Below are positions 30,985-40,419 of a DNA stretch of 64,000 bases, piece after piece. A program made the position numbers and the translations under genes. This DNA is from Escherichia coli (lineage in GTDB: Bacteria; Pseudomonadota; Gammaproteobacteria; Enterobacterales; Enterobacteriaceae): the NCBI RefSeq assembly GCF_003790525.1, contig NZ_CP033632.1; one strand, 5' to 3'. Position 1 is the stretch's first letter. Each line of letters starts with the position of its first letter. The notes beneath the pieces are model-generated. The model was given only the letters and a program-made list of their open reading frames with translations, had not been told where the DNA came from and made no database searches.

Positions 30985-31838
30985 TCACTATTACCAAAGA
31001 GCGACTGCTGACAATCAAGCAGTGGCGCGAAACATACGGACCTGATAGCAACGTTGTACTGCCAGCAGAAGAAGCGGAAGAACTGGCGCGTATCGTGCTG
31101 GCATCGCTGGAAGCAGAGCCTGTTCTGTATCAGTCCTGCACTCGCCCCACCTGGAATAGCGGTGTTCCGTGGACGGAATGGAAAGAACGTAGTCGTGAGT
31201 GCTACGAAGACGATTTGCGTTTTACAGACACGCCTGACCATGCCGGTTGGATATACAAATGTCGAAAACTATATACCACTCCGCCAGCGCCGATAGCGTT
31301 AGAGGCCATTGAAAACGCAATTGAATACATTCGTAGTATCGCTTTTCACATCGATGAAGACGATTACCACGGCAAACATATTGCGTATTTCATGCGACAA
31401 GCATTGGCCTGGCTGGAAGGGCATTCATGCAGCGACGACAGACTGGGTAAAGCCGACAATCAACCAGTACGCGGCAACCAGGCTGCCGAATCCAATCGCG
31501 GTAATGAGTGGACCGGCAATCCTGATATTGATAACGCAATCATCATGCTCGACCGCATAGATACGGCGGAAAGTTACGATGATGACCGTATTGAGGCTGT
31601 TAAGGCTGTTTTGCGTAGACTGGCAGGCAACTCTCCGGTAACTCCGGATGGTTGGATAAGCTGTAGTGAGCGAATGCCCCCTCAAGATGATTGGATTTTA
31701 ATTTATTCAAAGCACGGCGAGTATATGGCAGGACAGGTACAAGGGGAATACGTGGAGTTGAGCGACGGCACTTTATCGTGGTTAGGGAACGCCTTGTTCT
31801 GGATGCCGCTACCAGAACCGCCGCAGGAGGCGAAATGA
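30981..31838 (+). CDS. Phage protein with a DUF551-like C-terminal domain, 285 aa
   Basis: C-terminal GWISCSERMPPQDDWILIY...LSWLGNALFWMPLPEPP resembles DUF551. Confidence 0.5.
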   Translation: MITITKERLLTIKQWRETYGPDSNVVLPAEEAEELARIVLASLEAEPVLYQSCTRPTWNSGVPWTEWKERSRECYEDDLRFTDTPDHAGWIYKCRKLYTTPPAPIALEAIENAIEYIRSIAFHIDEDDYHGKHIAYFMRQALAWLEGHSCSDDRLGKADNQPVRGNQAAESNRGNEWTGNPDIDNAIIMLDRIDTAESYDDDRIEAVKAVLRRLAGNSPVTPDGWISCSERMPPQDDWILIYSKHGEYMAGQVQGEYVELSDGTLSWLGNALFWMPLPEPPQEAK

Positions 31839-32095
31839 TGGATGTAAAAGAGAAGGTTTTGCAGGTGATGCGTTCCCGGGCTGCCCTGCAAGATAAAGCT
31901 CTCGGCGGGGAATATCCATTCAGGATGGCAACCTGGAATCTGCGGTTGGCAATGGAGAAGGAATTTCCTGATGAAGAATGGCGTTCGGCAGATTTGCGCA
32001 AAATTCTTATGGAGCTGGCTAAAGACGGAACAGTATCCAAAGATACCCATGCCAGCCGGATTGGTCAGGCGGTATGGAGACTGGAGGTGAGGTAA
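31835..32095 (+). CDS. Hypothetical protein, 86 aa
   Basis: ATGA coupling to the upstream gene. Confidence 0.45.
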   Translation: MMDVKEKVLQVMRSRAALQDKALGGEYPFRMATWNLRLAMEKEFPDEEWRSADLRKILMELAKDGTVSKDTHASRIGQAVWRLEVR

Positions 32096-32376
32096 TGGCT
32101 AACCTGCAACTTGCCGTTAAAGGTGAATACTTCGATGCCATGATTCGCGGGGAGAAAACGGAAGAGTATCGCCTGTGTAATGACTACTGGAATAAGCGCC
32201 TCGTTAACCGTAAGTATTACCGCCTGATTATCACAAAGGGATATCCGAAGCGCGAAGACTTCAGTCGCAGAATTGACGTCCCGTATAACGGATATGAAAT
32301 AAAAACAATCACACATCCACACTTCGGTGATAAACCGGTAAAGGTGTTCGCGATAAAAGTGAAGATTAATAGCTAA
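32095..32376 (+). CDS. ASCH/PUA-like small protein, 93 aa
   Basis: N-terminal KGEYFDAMIRGEKTEEYR motif typical of ASCH-type domains. Confidence 0.45.
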   Translation: MANLQLAVKGEYFDAMIRGEKTEEYRLCNDYWNKRLVNRKYYRLIITKGYPKREDFSRRIDVPYNGYEIKTITHPHFGDKPVKVFAIKVKINS

Positions 32377-32399
32377 ATTTCAATTAACACGGAGTAATT

Positions 32400-32693
32400 A
32401 TGTGGCGCGGTAATAATCATGGCGGAAGTCAGATGATACTTACCGAATATACGTTCGACCACAAAACCAATAAATCACGTTCAGTATATTTGCTTCGGCA
32501 CAATAGCCGCGTAAGAAATACCGTTCTGGAGCAAAATCTGACCGTTGAAATGGATAATTTGGGAAACTTCAAGCCAACAATATCGCTTGATGATTTTCCG
32601 TGTGGTTTAAGCGAAAGAGAAGCAATGCTGAAATTAGCAGAATGGCTACAAAGATTAAGCATTGCTATTGAAGATAACTGGTCTGAACCTTAA
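32400..32693 (+). CDS. Hypothetical protein, 97 aa
   Basis: ORF with GGAG Shine-Dalgarno. Confidence 0.45.
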   Translation: MWRGNNHGGSQMILTEYTFDHKTNKSRSVYLLRHNSRVRNTVLEQNLTVEMDNLGNFKPTISLDDFPCGLSEREAMLKLAEWLQRLSIAIEDNWSEP

Positions 32694-32699
32694 ATTAAT

Positions 32700-33074
32700 A
32701 TGATGACACTAAAACATTTTCTTGACCGCCCATTATGGGCGGCAGCCGCAGGCTATGACTTTAATTATATGGATTGCATGTCTTATACTGCCAATGCATA
32801 CGACCATTCGTTCAGCCTGCTGTTTAATTCTTTAAGAATATTGCCGGAAACAGAAGTTGGAGAGCTTCATTTATGGATATTGGGCTTTATCGCGGCTGGA
32901 GTTGGTATTGCCGTATGGCCTTTTATTTTCTGGCTGGTGGCTGTTGTAGTGTGGTTTAAGTGCAAGACGTACCGGAAAAAGTATTTCTTAGGTGATGGAA
33001 TGACTGATATTGCCAAAATGAACATTGAAAAATGGACTAAGGAATGTGAAAAGAAATGGCGCAAAAAGAAATGA
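32700..33074 (+). CDS. Membrane protein, 124 aa, basic C-terminus
   Basis: Hydrophobic stretch LWILGFIAAGVGIAVWPFIFWLVAVVVWF. Confidence 0.5.
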   Translation: MMTLKHFLDRPLWAAAAGYDFNYMDCMSYTANAYDHSFSLLFNSLRILPETEVGELHLWILGFIAAGVGIAVWPFIFWLVAVVVWFKCKTYRKKYFLGDGMTDIAKMNIEKWTKECEKKWRKKK

Positions 33075-33730
33075 CTACTCTAACGACAGCATACTTACAG
33101 CAATTGGTATTTTTTGCAGGCGAGGCTACTTGTCATCCTGACGCAAACTATTTATTGGAATTTGAGAGGTTAGCGTCACCCGGTATCGTTCTGGAACTGG
33201 CCCAACAGGTGCTGGCCTTGAGACAAAAAGAGCAACATGAAAGTAATACGTGTAGATTGAATTTTGAGCAGTGGCTGGAACAGCAACGCGGGAAAATCGA
33301 TGTGGACTGTGGTTGTGTGTCCACTGAAACATTCATGCACTGGCTGCGGGTAGCTTACGAGGCTGGCAACTATCCGGATATTCCGGATAGTTCGGTGCCA
33401 GCGCCAGGAAAGGGCGTCACCGGTGAACGTATCCGCATTAAGCCGCATGTTTATCGCGAACTGGTTAACCGTCTCCACGATACAGCGATCAAGTGTGCTG
33501 GCACTCAGCAATTACGAGAAAGAATTAGCCGTGTTTTGGGCGACGTTATTACGCCATATCATCATAAACAAGCCGAGAAAAGCGGTCTGGAAAGGTGTCA
33601 TCTTGAGGCAGCATTAAACATTAAGCCGGGGCATACGCTAGGCATTATTGATGCACTGTTGGTTCATAAGATGGCCAGGGCTTTATTGTCGTTGGTGGAC
33701 GCTGGTGATACAAGCGAGGGTGAAGTATGA
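33056..33730 (+). CDS. Hypothetical protein, 224 aa
   Basis: ORF overlapping the upstream gene. Confidence 0.5.
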   Translation: MAQKEMTTLTTAYLQQLVFFAGEATCHPDANYLLEFERLASPGIVLELAQQVLALRQKEQHESNTCRLNFEQWLEQQRGKIDVDCGCVSTETFMHWLRVAYEAGNYPDIPDSSVPAPGKGVTGERIRIKPHVYRELVNRLHDTAIKCAGTQQLRERISRVLGDVITPYHHKQAEKSGLERCHLEAALNIKPGHTLGIIDALLVHKMARALLSLVDAGDTSEGEV

Positions 33731-34089
33731 GAGTTGCAGATCACATCAAACACCTTGAAAGAATTATCGAAAACGGTGAACTCTTAAGAGATCAGATGAG
33801 ACGCACGGCAGAAGCCAGGGAGGCGATAATCCGCAGTCAGGCTGGTAAATTAAAGCAATTGTCAGAGATTAACACGCTATACAAGAACAGACGTAACCGG
33901 GCGGTGATGCGGCTTCAGAAAGCACGTAATGAAATTAAATTGGTGGAGGCAAAACTGAAAAAACAGATCCAGCGTTACGATCAGCAAGATGCTTTTTATG
34001 CCGCCATCAAGGCGGCTGCTAATGAAATAGGCATCTGGAAGTTGCTGGTGGAGAAAGCAAAGACGAAGTTAAATGCCAACGAAAGCTGA
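33727..34089 (+). CDS. Hypothetical coiled-coil protein, 120 aa; last gene of the + strand operon
   Basis: ATGA coupling to the upstream gene. Confidence 0.5.
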   Translation: MRVADHIKHLERIIENGELLRDQMRRTAEAREAIIRSQAGKLKQLSEINTLYKNRRNRAVMRLQKARNEIKLVEAKLKKQIQRYDQQDAFYAAIKAAANEIGIWKLLVEKAKTKLNANES

Positions 34090-34164
34090 ACTACAGGTGC
34101 CCACCAGCACATACAGAAAATGATTGTTTCCACATCAAGGAGATTTTAATGTTTCACTGAAACA

Positions 34165-34302
34165 TTAAGTAAGCCAGTGCATAATTCCATTTTTTACTGA
34201 CCTTAAAAGCAAAATCAAAACGATGATGAGGATAATAGCCAGAATCTGGCTAATAATAGGCGCATCTAAAAATGCACTCAGGAACTGAAAAAAAGCGTTC
34301 AT
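34165..34302 (-). CDS. Small hydrophobic peptide, 45 aa (possible membrane-active toxin or holin-like peptide)
   Basis: Manual translation MNAFFQFLSAFLDAPIISQILAIILIIVLILLLRSVKNGIMHWLT; below the ORF-track threshold. Confidence 0.3.
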   Translation of the reverse strand: MNAFFQFLSAFLDAPIISQILAIILIIVLILLLRSVKNGIMHWLT

Positions 34303-35164
34303 TCAGGTGGTTCCTTGTCAAATGTAAAGGTGCACTTGCTCACGTTGACGTAGAAACCCAACCCCTATATAGTTGGATTCGGTGAATGAAAGTCGTTAAC
34401 GTGAGCTTACGGCACATGTTTTCGGAAAAACATCAGGGAACGGCTAATTCCTTGATGCGGGTGGGGTCTGTAATGCAGACCCTATCTATTAACGTCATGA
34501 TTGCATCTCAAATTTTCTCCTTATCTTCAATTAATCTACATTCATTTCATCTGTTAGCCACCACAATATGTAGAAAATGGCCCTCTTGCAAGTGCATAAC
34601 TTTGTGGATAACTCAGGAAGGAAAAAGTGGCTTTCGCGCACCTTCGGTCAGACAAGGTGTCCGGGAAAGTCAACGCAAAGAAAAAAATTGTTAAAAATAA
34701 CGTTTGTTGGAATTGTATATTTTTATCCCCTTCAATGGTTAGCATTCTATTAACATCTTTTTTTAGAGACAGAAAAACATATCGTAACAACATATATACA
34801 GTGTTAAGCGGCGAGTATTATCCTGCGGTGGGAATTCTGGGCGCTGTTAGATTCGACTTTCTCAGCAGGATTACATCGTCAACTTGCGACGTTGCCGTAT
34901 GACTTTCGTGTAATAGGTGACAATGATGCGGCTAGTGAGTTACTTGTGAAGTTTTTCGGAAAAGGTTTTGTGGCCTCGGATCTTGATGAGCTACAGCAAC
35001 ATGAAGTGTCTAATTTGATTTTTAGCCATAGCCAATAAGCCTCCCTCCTCCATCAAGGCCACAATTTGTGACCTTAAACAATTTGTTTTCTGCTTTTTCT
35101 TATTTGAGAAAATAACGTTGTTGACAGCTAATAGGCTCGTTGTTGTTATACATGCCTGTATAGA

Positions 35165-35521
35165 TTATGACCGTAAATTATTAGCGGATTTTAAGCCATA
35201 TTCACCGTTGTAGAAATTACTCATGTTCCATTCATTAGGAAGTTCTTTTCTGTCCAATGTATAGTGGCGCACGATATAACGATCTTCATCTTCTTCGATG
35301 GACAGGCGGACATAGCCAATGTGAATCACCGATACGGGCGGTGTTCGTATTGCATAGATGTCGCGGAGATATACCGGCAGCTCGACAAATGCATCAGGTG
35401 CATCTGTGATGCTCGTTTTTTCACAGTATTCATATAACGCATCGTTGATATCGTTAAGAGATTCATGATCGTATATTTCCAGGTAATTACCGCGATCGCG
35501 ATGGTACTCGATTTTAGCCAT
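35165..35521 (-). CDS. Hypothetical protein, 118 aa (second gene of a two-gene operon)
   Basis: Start codon immediately follows the stop of the upstream gene. Confidence 0.55.
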   Translation of the reverse strand: MAKIEYHRDRGNYLEIYDHESLNDINDALYEYCEKTSITDAPDAFVELPVYLRDIYAIRTPPVSVIHIGYVRLSIEEDEDRYIVRHYTLDRKELPNEWNMSNFYNGEYGLKSANNLRS

Positions 35522-36106
35522 TCAAAATCCCCTGTTATCGTTTTGCATTTCTCTAATCCGGTTCAGAACTACTTCATGCTGGACTTGGATAGCGGCTTTT
35601 TCGTTTTCAAGCCGGGCAATAGACATCTCTAATTCTTTGCTGTACCAGGCGAGCTGGGCCAGGTTCATCCGGTTGTGGTCGAGAGTTGGAGACACTTCGA
35701 CGCGATCCCTTTCTTCCTGCTTTAATGAGAAGAGATTTATCTCATCCCTTGAGGAAAATTCAGCAACAATTTCTTGTTGATGATCCGGTCGCTGCGGCAT
35801 CCTCGCCAGTATAAATGGCGGTTCTTTTGAAAACATGAATGTCGGTTCAGACCGTGTTTTTACCCAGCTTGCCTGCTGTCTTTCGGCAAGTTCACAGGCT
35901 TCATCATAGTTATCTGCCAAACAAAGCACGGATGGACGGTCCCACGCCCCACCATTCAGACAATAAACTACAATTTTCCCGTCAGGTTGTGTAACCCCAT
36001 ATGGATGGTCCCACCAGGCGTCCAGCTGAGCTTTAGAGCGTTTCTCGTTAGGAGTGCAGTCAAAATTTTTGGGCAATACAGGATCGAGAGGAATGCGGGC
36101 AGGCAT
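35522..36106 (-). CDS. Hypothetical protein, 194 aa, C-terminal coiled coil (first gene of the operon)
   Basis: AAGGA Shine-Dalgarno 9 bp upstream; divergent from humD. Confidence 0.55.
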   Translation of the reverse strand: MPARIPLDPVLPKNFDCTPNEKRSKAQLDAWWDHPYGVTQPDGKIVVYCLNGGAWDRPSVLCLADNYDEACELAERQQASWVKTRSEPTFMFSKEPPFILARMPQRPDHQQEIVAEFSSRDEINLFSLKQEERDRVEVSPTLDHNRMNLAQLAWYSKELEMSIARLENEKAAIQVQHEVVLNRIREMQNDNRGF

Positions 36107-36241
36107 AGCTAATTCCTTATTAACTGATTGGCAACGAGGTTACGCTGATCCGTTGGTGATGAATAGTAGCAAAGAGCACAAAATCATCAGCGGTGGTTGA
36201 TGTACGTAACGCGTTTGCACCAAAGGTGTCTCTTTAATGTA

Positions 36242-36261
36242 TACTGTATAAATGAACAGTA
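36242..36261. promoter_or_regulatory. LexA (SOS) box tactgtataaatgaacagta upstream of humD
   Basis: CTGT-N8-ACAG consensus read directly, 20 bp before the humD start. Confidence 0.8.
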
Positions 36262-36280
36262 TTATTGAGGTGAAAACGCT

Positions 36281-36670
36281 ATGGGCTTCCCTTCTCCTGC
36301 GGCGGATTATGTTGAAAGCCGAATTTCTCTTGATCAGCAACTAATCAGGCATCCATCAGCAACCTACTTCATGCGGGCAGTTGATAGCCATCACCGTGAG
36401 GGAATATTGCAGGGTGCTTTGCTGGTGGTTGATTCCTCGCTTACTCCGGTTGATGGTTCTCTGCTTGTGTGCGCTATGGAGGGTGAATATCGCATAAAGA
36501 GATACAGGAAGTATCCGCGCCAGCACCTGGAGGATTTAAGCACCGGGAAGAAAGAGGCGTTACCAGTAGATGACGATGGATGCACGGGCAGTAATGCTGT
36601 TTTTGGTGTGATCACTCATGTCATCAATGATGCCAGAAGTGGGGAGTTTGATGATTGTCCGGTTATTTAA
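36281..36670 (+). CDS. humD: HumD (UmuD'-like, LexA/S24 peptidase-type)
   Basis: 129-aa translation with S24-like features; LexA box upstream; position before phd-doc as in P1. Confidence 0.8.
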   Translation: MGFPSPAADYVESRISLDQQLIRHPSATYFMRAVDSHHREGILQGALLVVDSSLTPVDGSLLVCAMEGEYRIKRYRKYPRQHLEDLSTGKKEALPVDDDGCTGSNAVFGVITHVINDARSGEFDDCPVI

Positions 36671-36742
36671 GCTGCAAAGGGCTGGTGCTTTATGCCTGTG
36701 AAGTTTATAATTGTGTACACATAACGAGTACACGAGGTGTTT

Positions 36743-36964
36743 ATGCAATCCATTAACTTCCGTACCGCGCGTGGCAACCTTTCTGAAGTGCTCAACAATG
36801 TTGAAGCCGGGGAAGAGGTTGAAATCACCCGCAGAGGCCGTGAGCCAGCAGTAATTGTCAGCAAGGCTACTTTCGAAGCCTACAAAAAAGCGGCGCTGGA
36901 TGCTGAATTTGCATCCCTGTTTGACACCCTGGACTCCACCAACAAGGAACTGGTTAACCGATAA
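36743..36964 (+). CDS. phd: Phd antitoxin, 73 aa
   Basis: Translation [73 protein letters not shown]. Confidence 0.9.
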
Positions 36965-37344
36965 TGAGGCATATATCACCGGAAGAACTTATTGCGCTTC
37001 ATGATGCGAATATAAGCCGCTACGGCGGCCTGCCGGGAATGTCTGATCCGGGTAGGGCAGAGGCCATTATCGGGAGAGTTCAGGCCAGAGTTGCCTACGA
37101 AGAGATCACCGACCTTTTCGAAGTCTCTGCCACCTACCTGGTGGCTACAGCGAGAGGGCATATATTCAATGATGCCAATAAGCGTACCGCGCTAAACAGT
37201 GCGCTGCTATTTCTACGCCGTAACGGGGTGCAGGTATTTGATTCACCTGAACTGGCAGACCTTACCGTAGGCGCTGCGACTGGCGAGATATCTGTATCTT
37301 CTGTCGCCGACACGTTACGTAGATTGTATGGTTCTGCGGAGTAG
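36964..37344 (+). CDS. doc: Doc toxin, 126 aa
   Basis: Translation [43 protein letters not shown]...; overlaps the phd stop. Confidence 0.9.
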
Positions 37345-37348
37345 ATTA

Positions 37349-37528
37349 ATGGCACGCAAATACAACAAGTTGTCCCGTGAAGCGTTAAAGATGCTTCTTG
37401 ATGGCGTGAGTCGCCGCAAGGTAAAGCAATACCTGGTTGGTAAGCAAATTGGTGCCAGGACAGCTATTGCTGTGTTATGCCGTCAGGAAATGGTTGTGCT
37501 TAAACAGAGAATGCCGGGCAGCAGATAA
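37349..37528 (+). CDS. Small basic protein (P1 pdcA position)
   Basis: ORF 37328..37528 with internal start MARKYNK; assignment by position only. Confidence 0.4.
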   Translation: MARKYNKLSREALKMLLDGVSRRKVKQYLVGKQIGARTAIAVLCRQEMVVLKQRMPGSR

Positions 37529-37555
37529 AGCCCAATCAGTGATTAAAGGTGTGAT

Positions 37556-38599
37556 GTGAAAGCCGTAATTACTCCATTTGTACAGAAAGAGCTTGGCCTC
37601 GCCACGTTCAAAGTGGATCAGGAGGTCAGAAAGCTGGTGGAGGCTGGCCGTAAATTTATTATGGAGCCGGTGCCGCGTGAGTTAATCGAGCACATGGAAG
37701 ACGGCCTCGTTGTTACCGAGCAAACCATGGCAACAAATGAGGCGTTGCAGCCGTTTTTTAACAGCGATGAACTGTTTCGCCGTATTGGTGGAATTGACGC
37801 GCTGGTGGCGTGGTTGCGTAGGAAAGAGGGTCAATGCCAGGCCGCAGATCGTAGTTGGTGTGACAACCATATTGTCCACGCTGAACGAGACAATAGCGCG
37901 GTGTTGTTGTGCTGGCATCACGATAACCATTACCGGATGCGTGGTTTTAATGAGCTGAAAGAAACGCTGCACAATAATCGCGTTAACTGGATACTGGATG
38001 TCGCCCGTCAGGAAATGGGCCTTTCAAATAGCCATGATTTAAGTATTCAGGAGCTGTGCTGGTGGGCTTTCATGCGCAACATGATGCACCTGATGCCGGA
38101 AGAAGTCTGCCGCATATCAATAAATAAGATGAAGGCTACTCCGCAGGATAGCGGACCTCTGAAAGAGGCGGATATTCGCCCGTATGACGATCGCGCTACA
38201 GCATATGTTCAGATGATGGAAGAACGCGCCGCGCCGATGCGTGCAAAAGTATGCCCTGTGGATGTTGACTCCGACCCTGGCATGGCGCATTTCAAAATAC
38301 CAAAACTGCAATCGCTAAAATTACCTGAGTACATGGACTTTGTTGCTTCCCGTCCATGCTGTGGGTGTGGAGCTGCGGGAGCTGGCGCTCACATTACGCC
38401 TTATATCGTTCGTCATAGTCGATTATGCGCGCATGACATTTACGCAATTCCTCTGTGCCAGTCATGCCAGCGTGATATTGAGCGTGACCGCGATAATTGG
38501 GAGAAGACGCACGGTAGGTTGGCGATGCATCAACGATTGTTCTTTGATTACGCGCTTGGAGTGGGCGTTATCACAAGTCATTCGTCGAGTGTTAGATAA
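37556..38599 (+). CDS. Cys-rich hypothetical protein, 347 aa (P1 pdcB position)
   Basis: C-terminal Cys/His cluster ...[12 protein letters not shown]...CQSCQRD... Confidence 0.5.
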   Translation: MKAVITPFVQKELGLATFKVDQEVRKLVEAGRKFIMEPVPRELIEHMEDGLVVTEQTMATNEALQPFFNSDELFRRIGGIDALVAWLRRKEGQCQAADRSWCDNHIVHAERDNSAVLLCWHHDNHYRMRGFNELKETLHNNRVNWILDVARQEMGLSNSHDLSIQELCWWAFMRNMMHLMPEEVCRISINKMKATPQDSGPLKEADIRPYDDRATAYVQMMEERAAPMRAKVCPVDVDSDPGMAHFKIPKLQSLKLPEYMDFVASRPCCGCGAAGAGAHITPYIVRHSRLCAHDIYAIPLCQSCQRDIERDRDNWEKTHGRLAMHQRLFFDYALGVGVITSHSSSVR

Positions 38600-38687
38600 A
38601 ATTGCTCTAATGTATTGCTATTTCTTTAATCGAGGGTATTATATTCCACGTTGATTAGTTGACATGGGCTAATCAGTAGGTGACAGG

Positions 38688-39140
38688 ATGTTACTTAACT
38701 GGCAGGGACGCCACTTCATGGAAATAAATCACTCACGAATAACATCGTACGAGATTGCGGATTACATGATCCGCACTAAATCTCTTCTATCAGCGAAAGA
38801 ACTCGCAGCAATTCTTGAAAAGGAATACCCGCATCTGGATGTCGATAAGCGCGATGTTTATCTGCGCTTAAAGGCTATCGCTGTGTCTAAGTATTCGTCT
38901 GTTTTGATAGATGACAGTACACGCCCACGTAGATTTCAGATCCACTCTCTGAATCCTGAATTCTTTCGCCGTAGCCGCGCTCCGCGCCGGTTTGATGAAA
39001 AACTCCAGAACGAACTCTATATGACGCAGGACGAAAAGGAACGCCGGGAGCACCAGCCTTGGGTAATGGCGCGTCAACTTTTCAATAAGGTGGCCCGTCA
39101 GCACCGTCATTACGGTAATGCCACATCCGCACGTATCTGA
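38688..39140 (+). CDS. lpa: Late promoter activator Lpa-like, 150 aa
   Basis: Positioned immediately upstream of pacA as in P1; sequence not verified from memory. Confidence 0.55.
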   Translation: MLLNWQGRHFMEINHSRITSYEIADYMIRTKSLLSAKELAAILEKEYPHLDVDKRDVYLRLKAIAVSKYSSVLIDDSTRPRRFQIHSLNPEFFRRSRAPRRFDEKLQNELYMTQDEKERREHQPWVMARQLFNKVARQHRHYGNATSARI

Positions 39141-39225
39141 TTGATTGCTTGCCCGTTCCGGGCCTTTTGACATGTGACTTTCGTTACCCTCGCGTCAAAA
39201 AGAGTTTTTACGAAAGGAAGCATAA

Positions 39226-40419
39226 GTGACCTGGGACGATCACAAGAAGAATTTTGCTCGCCTGGCGCGAGATGGTGGTTACACCATCGCACAGTATGCC
39301 GCCGAGTTTAATCTTAACCCTAATACCGCACGTCGTTATCTCCGTGCCTTCAAAGAAGACACCAGGACTACGGACAGCCGCAAGCCAAATAAGCCAGTCA
39401 GGAAGCCACTAAAAAGCATGATCATTGATCACTCTAATGATCAACATGCAGGTGATCACATTTCGGCTGAAATAGCGGAAAAACAAAGAGTTAATGCCGT
39501 TGTCAGTGCCGCAGTCGAGAATGCGAAGCGCCAAAATAAGCGCATAAATGATCGTTCAGATGATCATGACGTGATCACCCGCGCCCACCGGACCTTACGT
39601 GATCGCCTGGAACGCGACACCCTGGATGATGATGGTGAACGCTTTGAATTCGAAGCTGGCGATTACCTGATAGATAACGTTGAAGCGCGGAAGGCCGCGC
39701 GCGCTATGTTGCGTCGGTCCGGGGCCGATGTTCTGGAAACCACTCTTCTGGAAAAGTCTCTTTCTCATCTCCTTATGCTGGAGAACGCCAGGGATACGTG
39801 TATTCGCCTAGTGCAGGAAATGCGCGATCAGCAAAAAGACGATGATGAAGGTACTCCGCCTGAATACCGTATCGCGAGCATGCTAAACAGCTGTTCCGCG
39901 CAGATAAGCAGCCTGATCAACACCATTTACAGCATCCGGAATAACTATCGAAAAGAAAGCCGGGAGGCGGAAAAGCACGCTTTATCTATGGGGCAAGCTG
40001 GCATTGTTAAGCTGGCATACGAACGAAAGCGTGAAAATAACTGGTCAGTGCTGGAAGCGGCTGAATTCATCGAGGCGCATGGAGGAAAAGTGCCTCCCCT
40101 GATGCTGGAGCAAATCAAAGCCGATCTGCGTGCTCCTAAGACCAATACCGATGATGAGGAAAACCAAACAGCATCTGGCGCTCCATCACTTGAAGATCTG
40201 GATAAAATCGCGCGAGAACGGGCCGCCAGCCGCCGCGCTGATGCCGCATTGTGGATTGAGCATCGTAGAGAAGAAATTGCCGATATCGTCGATACAGGTG
40301 GTTATGGTGATGTCGATGCGGAAGGCATATCAAACGAAGCATGGCTTGAACAGGATCTGGACGAAGACGAGGAGGAAGACGAAGAAGTTACCCGCAAACT
40401 GTACGGGGATGATGATTAA
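39226..40419 (+). CDS. pacA: Terminase small subunit PacA, 397 aa (GTG start)
   Basis: Translation starts [27 protein letters not shown]...; contains the pac hexamer cluster. Confidence 0.85.
39419..39577. other. pac: P1-type pac site: 4 + 3 tgatca/tgatcg hexamers
   Basis: Hexamers at 39419, 39426, 39438, 39453 and 39549, 39561, 39572. Confidence 0.8.

Noticed and set aside
34386-34902. ORFs of 79-102 aa inside the 860-bp non-coding stretch (34386..34694, 34554..34793, 34627..34902)
   Set aside because: No ribosome-binding sites, and the translations are low-complexity; treated as non-coding, with the region reported as a possible RNA or regulatory locus instead.
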